The notes under the pieces were generated by a model. The model was not told where the DNA came from. It worked only from the letters and a program-made list of their open reading frames with translations, and made no database searches. A program made the position numbers and the translations under genes. A stretch of 64,000 bases of DNA from Candidatus Collierbacteria bacterium RIFOXYD2_FULL_45_13 (lineage in GTDB: Bacteria > Patescibacteriota > Microgenomatia > UBA1400 > MFAQ01): the NCBI GenBank assembly GCA_001774685.1, contig MFAS01000001.1:801444-865443 (forward strand). Reading direction: 5' to 3'. Within the stretch, counting starts at the first letter, position 1. Each line of letters begins with the position of its first letter. Shown piece by piece: positions 12,690 to 22,509 of this stretch.

Positions 12690-13550
12690 ATGACACCAAT
12701 TGTTTTCGCCATTATCACCGCCATCGGTTGGGCAACAGCCGACATCTTTGGTGGTTTAGTTGCCCGCAAAATAGGCGGATATTCATCGGCGATTTTGTCA
12801 TACATTATTAGCATTCTTCTTACTTCTTTTTACATCCCCTTTGCCTGGCACGAACTAAGTGGCATTACACCCACCACTATCGCTTGGTTATTGATCCTCA
12901 CCCCTATCGGGATTGCCCCACTCATTTCGTTATACGAAGGGTTCAAAGTCGGCAACCCCTCGCTTGTCGGTACCATCGCCAGCGCCTTTGGTGGTTTAGT
13001 TGCCATCCTCTCAGTTGTATTCCTTGGAGAAAAATTAAACGTTGCCCAAGTTATTTCAATTTTTGCCATAATACTAGGTCTCATCGTTTCTTCACTCGAC
13101 CTTAAGAACCTCAATACAAAGCAAATATTATCCGACAAAGGCATTCCTTTCGCCCTTGTATCATTACTTGCCTGGGGGATATATTACACTTTTGTTAAGA
13201 TCCCTCTGCAAAACATCGGCTGGTTCTGGCCAACGTATCTATCATATTGGGGATTTCCTTTAGTTTTAATATTCATGAAAATTAAGGGTATCAAATTAGT
13301 CTTGCCCAAAGAGAAAAAGAACATCGTATTCCTGTTAATCAACGGAGTTCTCCTTACAATCGCGCTCTTCGCCATCAACTACGCCCTGACCCTAGGACAA
13401 AGCTCTGTAGTTTCTCCCATCTCTAGCTCCTATCCGGCGCTCTTCGCCATCATCGCCTATTTTGTTTTTAAAGACAGACTTAATAAGCAACAAATTCTCG
13501 GCATTGCCATCACCCTCGCCGGTGTACTTTCCCTTGCCATTACGTCCTAA
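12690..13550 (+). CDS. DMT/EamA family transporter
   Basis: About 10 TM in two repeats; FLGEKL and FKDRL motifs. Confidence 0.85.
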   Translation: MTPIVFAIITAIGWATADIFGGLVARKIGGYSSAILSYIISILLTSFYIPFAWHELSGITPTTIAWLLILTPIGIAPLISLYEGFKVGNPSLVGTIASAFGGLVAILSVVFLGEKLNVAQVISIFAIILGLIVSSLDLKNLNTKQILSDKGIPFALVSLLAWGIYYTFVKIPLQNIGWFWPTYLSYWGFPLVLIFMKIKGIKLVLPKEKKNIVFLLINGVLLTIALFAINYALTLGQSSVVSPISSSYPALFAIIAYFVFKDRLNKQQILGIAITLAGVLSLAITS

Positions 13551-13617
13551 TCCGAGGCTCATAGTACCCCTGTTATAATTCACAGGTATTCTTAACATTC
13601 TCATTCCGGAGGTTTCT

Positions 13618-14007
13618 ATGCCTGAGTTCCTGCTTCGATACAAATTACCAGAAGACCTTGACACGGCCACAGAAGAAGAAGTGTTTGTCAATCGAATGTG
13701 CGAAATGGCTGATCGTATCCAACAAATCATCAGTTCTAACTTTTTTGGTTGGGATGTTTCTTATGAAGTCAGGGAGTTTGGCCACACCAGAGGCATGCCA
13801 GACCTATATGTTACTGCTTGGGTGACGGATAACTCTGATGCATACGCCACCTTCGCAGAAAAAGCCGTCGCAGAGATCCAGGATTTAATGCGAAGCTATG
13901 CCTGGGGAAATCAGAAAGTTGGCTGTTGGTTCCAGCGCGTCAAGGGTAAGTGGAGTGAGGCTCTTGGACGGCGACCGTTTTTGCCTATTACGAGATATTC
14001 TTACTAG
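13618..14007 (+). CDS. Hypothetical protein (Pro-2 start, possibly tautomerase fold)
   Basis: TGTTATAAT promoter, TATTCTTAACA, GGAGG and downstream terminator. Confidence 0.7.
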   Translation: MPEFLLRYKLPEDLDTATEEEVFVNRMCEMADRIQQIISSNFFGWDVSYEVREFGHTRGMPDLYVTAWVTDNSDAYATFAEKAVAEIQDLMRSYAWGNQKVGCWFQRVKGKWSEALGRRPFLPITRYSY

Positions 14008-14017
14008 AACCCTCAAC

Positions 14018-14042
14018 AAACCCGCCTCAATGGCGGGTTTTT
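14018..14042. terminator. CCCGCC/GGCGGG hairpin terminator
   Basis: AAACCCGCC-TCAAT-GGCGGGTTTTT. Confidence 0.8.
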
Positions 14043-14044
14043 CA

Positions 14045-15013
14045 TTACACCCTAATCAATTTCTCCAGCCACGGCAAATTTTCGTTTTTCCTTTTCCACC
14101 ACAAATCTTCCCAGATATAGTGGACAGCTAGTTGTTTATACTTCCCGTATTTTTCAAAATACTTTAGCAGGTCTGCCACCGCTACCGGGTTCTCCGGATC
14201 TGCCTCAAAAAAAATTTTGGAATAAATTTTCTGCTCCCATGGAGAAATGTGGTTGAAAAAATCCAGGTGATGAAACACATCAAAGAGCAAATACCAGACC
14301 GTAGCCGGGCCAACTCCATAGAGTCTTAGCAGTTCCGTTCTTTGCGGCTCCAAGTCCTTCTTTCTAAGATAATTTTCATCAATCAGACCCGCAGCAAACT
14401 GGTCATCTAACATCTTAATAGATTTCGCCCTGTATCCGACTTTTAAGTCTCTCAGACTTTCAACGCTCGCGTTTTTCAAGTCACCCGGTGCCCAGAAGCA
14501 AAACAATTCTATCCCCTCAAACGAAAGCTTCTTCCCATACTTTTCGATTAACGCTTTAAACATTTGCATCGACCTTCTTACTGTCGCGTTCTGCAGGACT
14601 ATCCCGATAATTAAATATTCATATAAAGAACTGGGGTGTCCGGGTTTCATCCCCCGCCATTTAGTAATGATAGGGGAGAGGGTCACATCTTTTTCAAAAG
14701 TGGCATAGAAATCGGACAAATCGAGCTGCAGATTGTATCTATACTCAATTTCCTTGGTCAAGGATGTGACAAACTCCTCACTCGGCTCAAAATCGGCATA
14801 GACGATAATTTGCAGTCGGGGATTGTCGACCTTTCCCACGTTCACGAACTTTAGGCCTAGATTCCTTCCTTCATGGTTCCACGTTTGCCACCAGGTACCT
14901 GGTTCCCACAGATTATCACCCGTCGTAAAGTGGTCCGGCTTGTGGAAAGTCGAATCAAAATCAAATGGCGCCAGGGGGGTGACGAATACTTCTCTTACCT
15001 TCTTTAATTCCAT
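14045..15013 (-). CDS. HhH-GPD DNA glycosylase (AlkA/Ogg1-like)
   Basis: IVLQNAT, LKVGYRAKSI, HhH motif LYGVGPAT. Confidence 0.8.
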   Translation of the reverse strand: MELKKVREVFVTPLAPFDFDSTFHKPDHFTTGDNLWEPGTWWQTWNHEGRNLGLKFVNVGKVDNPRLQIIVYADFEPSEEFVTSLTKEIEYRYNLQLDLSDFYATFEKDVTLSPIITKWRGMKPGHPSSLYEYLIIGIVLQNATVRRSMQMFKALIEKYGKKLSFEGIELFCFWAPGDLKNASVESLRDLKVGYRAKSIKMLDDQFAAGLIDENYLRKKDLEPQRTELLRLYGVGPATVWYLLFDVFHHLDFFNHISPWEQKIYSKIFFEADPENPVAVADLLKYFEKYGKYKQLAVHYIWEDLWWKRKNENLPWLEKLIRV

Positions 15014-15049
15014 AGAGTTACCCTAACATATCCCGAAACAGGAGTCAAT

Positions 15050-15931
15050 CTATACTCTCACCCCTTTCGATTGGTTCTTAAGTTCCAACGCAGCATAAAA
15101 GCTGGAATCCAGCGAGATCCAGTTTTTTAGGTTATTTTTTATGTCTTCTACTAAACAGTCCAAGTCTCTTAACGTATCCAATAAATACAGGCGTTTATCA
15201 GATCTCCCAACTATCAGCCCCATCTCTTCCGTATCGTGATCCATAACATAGTCCGTAAGTAGTTTCTTTCCCTCTGGTGTTAATAGAAAAGTAGTTTTTT
15301 TGTCTACCATATCAGTAAGTGATCTGCCTATTGCCACAGGATCGGAACTATTATCAATCCACACAAACCCCAAACGAAAGGCAAACCCTTCTGCAGAGGC
15401 CATAGATTTGTACGGAAAGAACAACTTTGATGTTTCTGGGACCAATTCATGCAAGTACGAGAGCGACAACAGCCTAAGGGTTTGCCCGTTGCCATCGGAA
15501 TACGGGTGAATTAACATCCCCAGAGTGTTCATTACGGCAATGAATCTGAAAGTTGCAGCTTCAATTTTATCCTCTGGACAACTTCGTAGCTCGTAATAAA
15601 GTTCATCCATCAGTTGAAAATACTGATCGGTGCGTTCAGCCACCATTTCTTTACCGACATATTCAAACTCTACTACTTTGTCTCCAAAACGCACCTGAGA
15701 TTTTTCCCTGTATGCTCGAACCTCATCGGGTGCTTGACCAACAAGTTTTGAATAACCCTTATAAATCTGATTCCTTATCTGAGATACTCTGACTTCAAAA
15801 GCCAGGCCAAAAGTTACTTCGTGCGTTTCCTCCCATTCCCTCTGATTCTTAACTCTATTAATTCTGACTTGGGGCAGATCAAGGCTCTCGGAAGTCAGCT
15901 CTCCTTCGATACTCATACCAAATTCTATCAT
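15050..15931 (-). CDS. Fic-domain protein with non-canonical motif
   Basis: HPYSDGNGQTLR versus consensus HPFxDGNGRxxR. Confidence 0.7.
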   Translation of the reverse strand: MIEFGMSIEGELTSESLDLPQVRINRVKNQREWEETHEVTFGLAFEVRVSQIRNQIYKGYSKLVGQAPDEVRAYREKSQVRFGDKVVEFEYVGKEMVAERTDQYFQLMDELYYELRSCPEDKIEAATFRFIAVMNTLGMLIHPYSDGNGQTLRLLSLSYLHELVPETSKLFFPYKSMASAEGFAFRLGFVWIDNSSDPVAIGRSLTDMVDKKTTFLLTPEGKKLLTDYVMDHDTEEMGLIVGRSDKRLYLLDTLRDLDCLVEDIKNNLKNWISLDSSFYAALELKNQSKGVRV

Positions 15932-16042
15932 CTATACTCTAGCAAAGACCGAGCCTGTCTTTTGGATATCCTTTATAGTTGACACAACCCATAACGTGTC
16001 ATATACTCGACGAATATCCTTGTACTTTAAATGGAGGTTATT

Positions 16043-16798
16043 GTGACGCATAAGTACACCTTTTTGGCCCCGAATATCAAAGTATCCTTGATGTTTGCCG
16101 ACCTGTTCGTGGTCGCATACGATCAACCGGAGATTATGGTCGAGGCCGTAGGTGATGACTATGTTTGTAGTCATCTGATTTCCAAAATTGTCGATCAAAC
16201 TCTCACCGTTTCCTTTCCTGTCCCTCTACTAAACGGTCGGTACACTTCAACCGGGAGTCCACAGCAGATCAACGGCACTCTTTGTGTAGACTTCGAACCA
16301 GTTGATCTTTCGCGCAAGATTCAGGTGGTCATACACATTCCCGGCAACACTAACCTGGATGTCAAAAAACTAATAGGGAACTCGCACATCGGAAACTTTC
16401 AAGGCGACCTCACCCTCCAAGGTTTCATGGGGTTCGAGAACTTCACCGGTGCTGTCGGAAACTGCGAGATCGGCGCTTCATCCAGTTTTAAAGCAAGTGT
16501 TGAAAGGGTTGTCGGAAACTTAATGGTGAATGGATCCAGCAGCGCCAAGGTGCAAATTGGCGAGGTGTCAAGTCCTTCTATCAAACTGGATCTCTCTTCG
16601 CACGCCCACGTTTCAATTTCCGGCGGTATTGCCATCTCGACGAAAGTCTCGGGCTCATCGGGGGCGACGGCCAGTCTTGATATAGCCTCAGAAATTGCAG
16701 ACCTATCGGGCTCCAGTGGAGCAAACATACATCTAAGACACTGCATCAAGCCACCCCGTATCAGTAAAAGCAGTGGTGCCTCAGTCAGTGTCGGTTAA
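16043..16798 (+). CDS. DUF2807/DUF4097-like beta-repeat (adhesin/GIN-like) protein
   Basis: Repeated SSS/SSG-A motifs; TTGACA 15979, 17 nt, TATACT 16002; GGAGG then GTG. Confidence 0.65.
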   Translation: MTHKYTFLAPNIKVSLMFADLFVVAYDQPEIMVEAVGDDYVCSHLISKIVDQTLTVSFPVPLLNGRYTSTGSPQQINGTLCVDFEPVDLSRKIQVVIHIPGNTNLDVKKLIGNSHIGNFQGDLTLQGFMGFENFTGAVGNCEIGASSSFKASVERVVGNLMVNGSSSAKVQIGEVSSPSIKLDLSSHAHVSISGGIAISTKVSGSSGATASLDIASEIADLSGSSGANIHLRHCIKPPRISKSSGASVSVG

Positions 16799-16809
16799 TA
16801 TTTCTCTTC

Positions 16810-16833
16810 ACCCGTCCTTAGTGGCGGGTTTTT
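16810..16833 (+). terminator. Hairpin terminator
   Basis: ACCCGTC-CTTAGT-GGCGGGTTTTT. Confidence 0.7.
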
Positions 16834-17411
16834 CACATCGTGAAAAAAAACAAGGGACAGACAGGTAGGGGAGAGGGGAAAGAAAAGCAAAATGTCTAAG
16901 ATAACCCATAATGTATAGACCGGCAAAACCTGGTTACCTATCTAAAAAAAATTTAATAAATATGATTATATAAATGGGTGAAGATCTTCTTTATCAATAT
17001 TTTAATAAAAATATCTCGGCTCAAAAATATTCAAAAATTATTAAAGATTTTTAAATAGGAAACATAGATAAAATTGTTTGTAATCATGTCGCAAGATTCC
17101 ATAAAAACCCACCTCTAAGCCTGCAAAAATCGGGCTCGTAGAATGCCCCTAAAACGGCTTCTGGAACTTTTTATGGCTAGTTAATCATTGACCAAATACC
17201 TTGATATATCCACCCAAAGCTAAAATCGAGATAATTGCGGAAAAACTTTCGGGTTTATCTACAATTAGGCACAATCTGAGGCTATTAGGCTCGAATACGA
17301 AAGAATTGGCCACAGACAAAGACCGGAGAACAGATTTACTGCAAGTTTCGGGATTATCTACAAATAATCACGGAACATAATAGATACTACTCCGGTGCCT
17401 GCCTTATCGAG

Positions 17412-17443
17412 ATACGTCGCAAAAGTGTTATTGTGCGACGTAT
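17412..17443. other. dif-like Xer recombination site (near-palindromic 11-6-11)
   Basis: ACGTCGCAAAA GTGTTA TTGTGCGACGT (17414-17441) in a 1 kb gene-free region toward which most core genes point. Confidence 0.6.
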
Positions 17444-17653
17444 TAGAAATCATTCTTCTCTGTCTCCATGTTTTGGATAAATAGGGAACTATAGAATAGT
17501 GTCCGCATTCTTTCATCCCCTCGTTACACTAACTCCAACTCATCGTCGCCGGCAAATTCTAATAAAATATTATTATTCGCTTCCTCGTCGGTCTTATCTC
17601 GCCCGCCTTACGCGCCGTACCAAACAACCATATCAATCCCTATCACCTGGCAG

Positions 17654-17662
17654 TTATCCACA
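17654..17662 (+). promoter_or_regulatory. Consensus DnaA box
   Basis: TTATCCACA; one-mismatch TTATCTACA copies at 17255 and 17354. Confidence 0.4.
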
Positions 17663-17821
17663 AACGGTGCCAATTTTCGTGAAAACTATGGGGTTTCGTG
17701 AAAACTATTATAGGCCCCATAACGTTATGGGTTTATTATAGGTCTCATAGTTATAGGCCCTCTCCCCTTCCAACCCGTCCCCGTATTTTTTTTGAGTTCT
17801 TGAATTTTTGAGTTTTTTTAT

Positions 17822-18646
17822 TTATCCCACCCAAGAAGTTGTTAGGAATCCAATAATAAAAATAATAATAACTGTCACCCCATACTCCAACAGACTCTCC
17901 AGATATACCCGGCTGGACAATCTCTGCTCTAAAATTCCCAACAGAGCATACAGAATCGACGTAAGCATTAAACCACCCATAAATGGCTTTACCGGCCAAA
18001 AAGATAAGGCCATTCCGCAGATTGCAATGACCCAGCTTACTACCAAAGAGTACCGCCCGGCATCATGAAGAATATCTCCCTTAAGGTCCACGCTCCAAAA
18101 ACTGGGGAAAGATAAAATCACTGAAACTATAAAAACCATCGGTGCGACCCACCAGAAAGGCAATTTCAGGCTTAAAGCTACCGTATAGAAAAATAACGAA
18201 GCTACGAGCGTCAGAATAAAGTTTACCGATCTGGCTGCCCGAAAAAGCTGGATGGTTCTAATCGAAGCTACCGAAAAAATATTCTCAATTAGTAGGATTC
18301 CATACATAGCCAAAGCATAGAAGACAAAATACAAGATTCTAAAAAGTCCAGCTAAGAGCATCGATGTTTCCAACTGGAAAGCTCTGCCAAACATACTAGG
18401 AACAGCCGTTGGCAAAAAATTGGCAAACAAGCCACTACCCAAAGTAAACATCACCGGCAATACCATCAACGTGAGCCATTCAATGCCCTTCAAATCGTCA
18501 AACAACACCCACACCGATAATACATAGGAAACCGCCGAAACTACGAGGTATAGTCCAAAACGGTAATCAACAGGCGCCGTGGTCGTTAGCCACAGTGCCA
18601 CCGAAATGATGCCACTGATAAATATAAATCTTGATCTTTTAGACAT
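17822..18646 (-). CDS. Polytopic membrane protein of unknown function
   Basis: About 8 TM; starts 1 nt after the yebC stop. Confidence 0.75.
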   Translation of the reverse strand: MSKRSRFIFISGIISVALWLTTTAPVDYRFGLYLVVSAVSYVLSVWVLFDDLKGIEWLTLMVLPVMFTLGSGLFANFLPTAVPSMFGRAFQLETSMLLAGLFRILYFVFYALAMYGILLIENIFSVASIRTIQLFRAARSVNFILTLVASLFFYTVALSLKLPFWWVAPMVFIVSVILSFPSFWSVDLKGDILHDAGRYSLVVSWVIAICGMALSFWPVKPFMGGLMLTSILYALLGILEQRLSSRVYLESLLEYGVTVIIIFIIGFLTTSWVG

Positions 18647-18647
18647 A

Positions 18648-19172
18648 TTATGCCAAGTTACTCCACACATCAACTACGTCGTCTAAATCAGATAGCAAGT
18701 CGGTAAGTTCCGTAAGTTGACGCTTATCAATGTCGGACACCATGACTGTCGGAACAGGAATGATAGACTTCATATACGATACAGATCCCGGTCCGCCCAG
18801 CTTAGCTCCATGCTTATCTAAGATATTCTTAACTTCACCTGCTGTCCTATTCCTATTATCGGTCACAGCCGTGATTAAGATACCTACACCAAACGGTCCG
18901 TATGCCTCATATGTTATTTCTTCAGCAGCGGCTCCCCCACCTACCCCCGAAGCTTTTTCGACCGCTCTTTTGATATTCTCCATTGGCATGTTTACCGACC
19001 GGGCTTCTTCCACGCAGGCTCTGAGATAAGGATTGGCTTCGATGTCACCAGAGCAACCTTTTTTTACGGCTATATGGATCTTTTTAGCTATTTTAGTAAA
19101 CACAGAACTTCTCTTGTTATCCTCAATCGCCTTCTGATGTTTTATGGTTGACCACTTGGAGTGACCGGACAT
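18648..19172 (-). CDS. yebC: YebC/PmpR family protein, internally shortened
   Basis: MSGHSKWSTIKHQK, YEAYGPFG, TDNRNRT, DDVVDVWSN. Confidence 0.92.
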   Translation of the reverse strand: MSGHSKWSTIKHQKAIEDNKRSSVFTKIAKKIHIAVKKGCSGDIEANPYLRACVEEARSVNMPMENIKRAVEKASGVGGGAAAEEITYEAYGPFGVGILITAVTDNRNRTAGEVKNILDKHGAKLGGPGSVSYMKSIIPVPTVMVSDIDKRQLTELTDLLSDLDDVVDVWSNLA

Positions 19173-19246
19173 AGTTTGAATTCTATCAGGAGCCAAGACC
19201 CAAAACAACTTGACAGGCAGTTAAATCATCTATATCATTTCTCAGC

Positions 19247-19951
19247 ATGAACAATGACAACATAAACGATTTACAGCAAGAGTCGATTAAATCCGCCATC
19301 GCCAAAAAATGGAGTGAGGCCATCTCACTTAACGAAAAGATTCTTGAATTAACCCCTGATGATCTACCCACCCTCAATCGTTTAGGAATCGCCTTTTCTA
19401 TGAATGGCGAAAACAAAAAGGCTATTGCGAGTTTTGGCCAGGTTTTGGCCATTGATCCACATAACCAAATTGCCAAAAACAATCTAACCAGACTCAAAGC
19501 AAACAAAAAACAAGGCTTGGCCAATCCATTCTTTCAAACCGTAAGTTTTATTGAAGAACCCGGAAAGTCTAAGGTCGTCCCACTTGTTAGCCAAGGAGAA
19601 CCCAAAGTGTTTTCGACTTTAAATATCGGAGAGCCCGTGGAGCTATCACTTTCCAAACACAAAGTAAAAGTCACCAGAGGAAAAGACTTTATTGGCTACC
19701 TGCCCGACAATCTATCCCACCGCTTGGTTAAACTTATCGGTGCCGGGTACAAATACAAAACCATCATGAAATCCGTCAATGCCAAAAATCCTCAGGTGTT
19801 TATTTTGGAAGCCAAATCATCCAAGCGTTTAAGAGGCATCCCCTCCTTTCCCCTTGATGACAAAGAACACTTACCGTCTCTTTCGGCTGGAGAGTCGAGT
19901 GAGACCCCACCACTGGAAATCTATGATCCGTTACTGGGAGACGAAGCCTGA
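19247..19951 (+). CDS. TPR-containing protein
   Basis: TPR-like helices TLNRLGIAF...AIDPHNQIAKNNL. Confidence 0.75.
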   Translation: MNNDNINDLQQESIKSAIAKKWSEAISLNEKILELTPDDLPTLNRLGIAFSMNGENKKAIASFGQVLAIDPHNQIAKNNLTRLKANKKQGLANPFFQTVSFIEEPGKSKVVPLVSQGEPKVFSTLNIGEPVELSLSKHKVKVTRGKDFIGYLPDNLSHRLVKLIGAGYKYKTIMKSVNAKNPQVFILEAKSSKRLRGIPSFPLDDKEHLPSLSAGESSETPPLEIYDPLLGDEA

Positions 19952-19958
19952 GAAACCC

Positions 19959-20840
19959 TCATTTTAACCAGATATCTATTCCCTTCTTATTTAGCTCCTT
20001 CACCGAACGGCGCTTTTCACAATTCATCTGTCTCAACAAAAAATTTTCAGTAATCGGATAGTTCCCGTGAGAAACAAAAATACATCCGGAACCCTCAACA
20101 TCTTCACCTGGATCGGTTTTAACCTCCACCACCCTGATACCGGCTGACTCAAGCTGCTTGGAGACCGAAATACCGAGACCGGCAAGACCGGATAAATTAT
20201 TTATCGAGGCGTCTACGTTTTCATTCAAAATAGTCTCTAGTAAAAATTTATTTTTTGTCCACAAAGCAGTCACATTATTAAAAACCAAAAACTCTTTTCC
20301 GTCCGGCTCGGTTATTTTATCCAACACGTTGCCTGGAATTTCCATTTCTAGTATTTTCTTTGAATCAACCGCATCCGACAAATATTTTCTAATTAAAAAT
20401 CTGTCTCTAAAGCTTAAGTCTGTTTTCAAATTAACCTTATGTAGGCTTCCCAAAACCGTTTCAACAGAAGGAGTTCCGTCTACTTTAATCGCTCTTGAAA
20501 TGACCACCCCCATCGATAACCCCAACGATCTCTCAATAATTTCAATCGGTCGTCTTTCGGCAACACCATAATCCCAAAGAGAGACAATCGGATATTGAGC
20601 CAAGGAATTGTAGATCTTGATCTTTAGTTTATCTGGGAAATCAACCCACCCCACAATGTCCTCGTCCGGCCGCAAAACCAACAAGGAACAGCCGGTATCC
20701 CCCACTACTACCAAATTAATTCCGGACTGACTGGATAAAATTCCTTCTTTATAAACTCTAAAACCGATCATAAATACCAGTATCGTTAGAAAGAATAACC
20801 CGATCGACCTAAATGGCCTGCCCTTAATATTCACCTTCAT
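19959..20840 (-). CDS. LCP/LytR-like membrane-anchored protein
   Basis: N-terminal TM; C-terminal INNLSGLAGLG...LESAG resembles LytR_C. Confidence 0.55.
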   Translation of the reverse strand: MKVNIKGRPFRSIGLFFLTILVFMIGFRVYKEGILSSQSGINLVVVGDTGCSLLVLRPDEDIVGWVDFPDKLKIKIYNSLAQYPIVSLWDYGVAERRPIEIIERSLGLSMGVVISRAIKVDGTPSVETVLGSLHKVNLKTDLSFRDRFLIRKYLSDAVDSKKILEMEIPGNVLDKITEPDGKEFLVFNNVTALWTKNKFLLETILNENVDASINNLSGLAGLGISVSKQLESAGIRVVEVKTDPGEDVEGSGCIFVSHGNYPITENFLLRQMNCEKRRSVKELNKKGIDIWLK

Positions 20841-22506
20841 AGATCTCCTTTAATGTCTCGTTTTGTCGTGAACGGTATTTCTTCAAGGTGTCGGCATCCT
20901 TTCCAAACTTTTTCATAACCAGTCCAAGATGAAGTCCGCTGACAAAATGAGGAAAGATCACATATGAGGCTCCAGCATCGTACAGTAACGTCGCCTGAGC
21001 CACCGTTTCGGCATCGACGATCGTAGGTACAGCAATCCCCCTTTGCTTTATTAGAGTCAGGAGAGATAGTGAATCATCTATATCTTTAACTGTCGAAATA
21101 ATCATTTTAGCCTCAGACATATTGGTAAGCTCCAACACATCAGGATCGGAAGCATCCGCAAAGATAGCCTCTTCTCCCCTACTCTTAAGTTTATTAACAA
21201 TATCCGGATTGAAATCTACCACTAAAACTTTTTCCCCATTCTTTTTTAGAGATGATAATATGCTTCTGCCCGTTCGGTCACCACCCAACAAAACTACATG
21301 CTGCTTCATCGACATTACCGAACCCTTATTTATTCCATTAAACTTGAAAATTCTTGGAAATCTCTCTGATAAAAATTTATAAAGGAAAGACGACCTGTAT
21401 ATTATAATGGTGGACAAAACCATCGAAATCAGGCCGGCTACGGTGACTGCTGTCACCAGATTGCTACCCCAAAAGCCGGAAACCGATCCAAAGGATAAAA
21501 CAATCAAGCTGAATTCCGACAACTGAGTCATATTCACACTTACCGAAAAAGCAACTTTACCGGAAAGACCGCTCCATAGACAGCTTAGTTCCGCCGCAAT
21601 AAATTTAACGGCTAAGGATAAAATCACTAAACCAGAAACTAACACCCAGTCCACCTTTCCGGCACCTATCTCTAGCCCAAGAAGTACAAAAAATAATGTC
21701 AGGAAGATATCACGGAGCGTCTTTACCTTACTCACGATCTGAAAATGCCCCCAGCTGTTAGAAAGAGAAATACCGGCCAGGATTCCACCAATTTCAGGCG
21801 TTAAACCCAGTACCTTGACCGAAAAGAAAACTGACATAAAGAACCAGACCAAACTGATTAGTACCAGATCCTCCGATGATTTAATCAAATATTTTTCGAC
21901 TTGAGAAATTATGTAATGTCCGAAAACATTAATGCTCAAGAACAGAACCGCTATTTTAACAACTAATCCCAATAGTGCGGAAAGGTTGAGCCCAGTACCC
22001 AAACCCGGCATTAAAACCAACACAAAAATGGCCACCAGATCCTGAAGCAAAAGTATACCTAAACTTATTTTTCCACTATAGCTACCCAAATCCTTTTTTT
22101 CAGATAAAGTCTTGACCACAACGATGGTGCTACTAAAGGTTAGAGCGAAAGCAAGTAACAAGGAAGACAACATACCGAGGTGAAGTAACAAACTAGAGAA
22201 TCCCAAAAAGACAAAGCTCAGCAAAACAGTCTGGATTAGAAAAATCTTAATCACGGTTTTTCCCGTATTCTTTATCTCCCTTACATTCATTTCCAAACCG
22301 ACCAAAAACAATAAAAGCGTCACTCCCAAAGATCCTAAATAGCGCAAGGTGTCCACACTCTGAGAGCTAACTAATCCAGACAGTCCAAAAAGGAAGCCTG
22401 CCAACACCTGCCCAACGATGGAAGGCAAACCCATATATCTGAAGACTATTCCTAAAATAACCGCCGCGGTAAATACCGACATCAAGTTAACCAAAAATAC
22501 GTCCAT
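20824..22506 (-). CDS. Kef-type (CPA2) cation/H+ antiporter with TrkA-N/RCK domain
   Basis: LLFLVGLE, FSSTIVV, LLQDL, SEFSLI, GGDRTG, ADASD. Confidence 0.9.
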   Translation of the reverse strand: MDVFLVNLMSVFTAAVILGIVFRYMGLPSIVGQVLAGFLFGLSGLVSSQSVDTLRYLGSLGVTLLLFLVGLEMNVREIKNTGKTVIKIFLIQTVLLSFVFLGFSSLLLHLGMLSSLLLAFALTFSSTIVVVKTLSEKKDLGSYSGKISLGILLLQDLVAIFVLVLMPGLGTGLNLSALLGLVVKIAVLFLSINVFGHYIISQVEKYLIKSSEDLVLISLVWFFMSVFFSVKVLGLTPEIGGILAGISLSNSWGHFQIVSKVKTLRDIFLTLFFVLLGLEIGAGKVDWVLVSGLVILSLAVKFIAAELSCLWSGLSGKVAFSVSVNMTQLSEFSLIVLSFGSVSGFWGSNLVTAVTVAGLISMVLSTIIIYRSSFLYKFLSERFPRIFKFNGINKGSVMSMKQHVVLLGGDRTGRSILSSLKKNGEKVLVVDFNPDIVNKLKSRGEEAIFADASDPDVLELTNMSEAKMIISTVKDIDDSLSLLTLIKQRGIAVPTIVDAETVAQATLLYDAGASYVIFPHFVSGLHLGLVMKKFGKDADTLKKYRSRQNETLKEIYEGEY

Positions 22507-22509
22507 AAA

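Noticed and set aside
16829-16848. parS-like TTTTTCACATCGTGAAAAA
   Set aside because: Spacing does not match the 16 bp parS, and the left arm is the terminator T-run.
16900-16920. CATAATGTATA resembling the E. coli dif core
   Set aside because: No right arm; the 17414-17441 site is much better formed.
17499-17999. Short ORFs in the intergenic region
   Set aside because: No start signals, low complexity, and they overlap repeats or the opposite gene.
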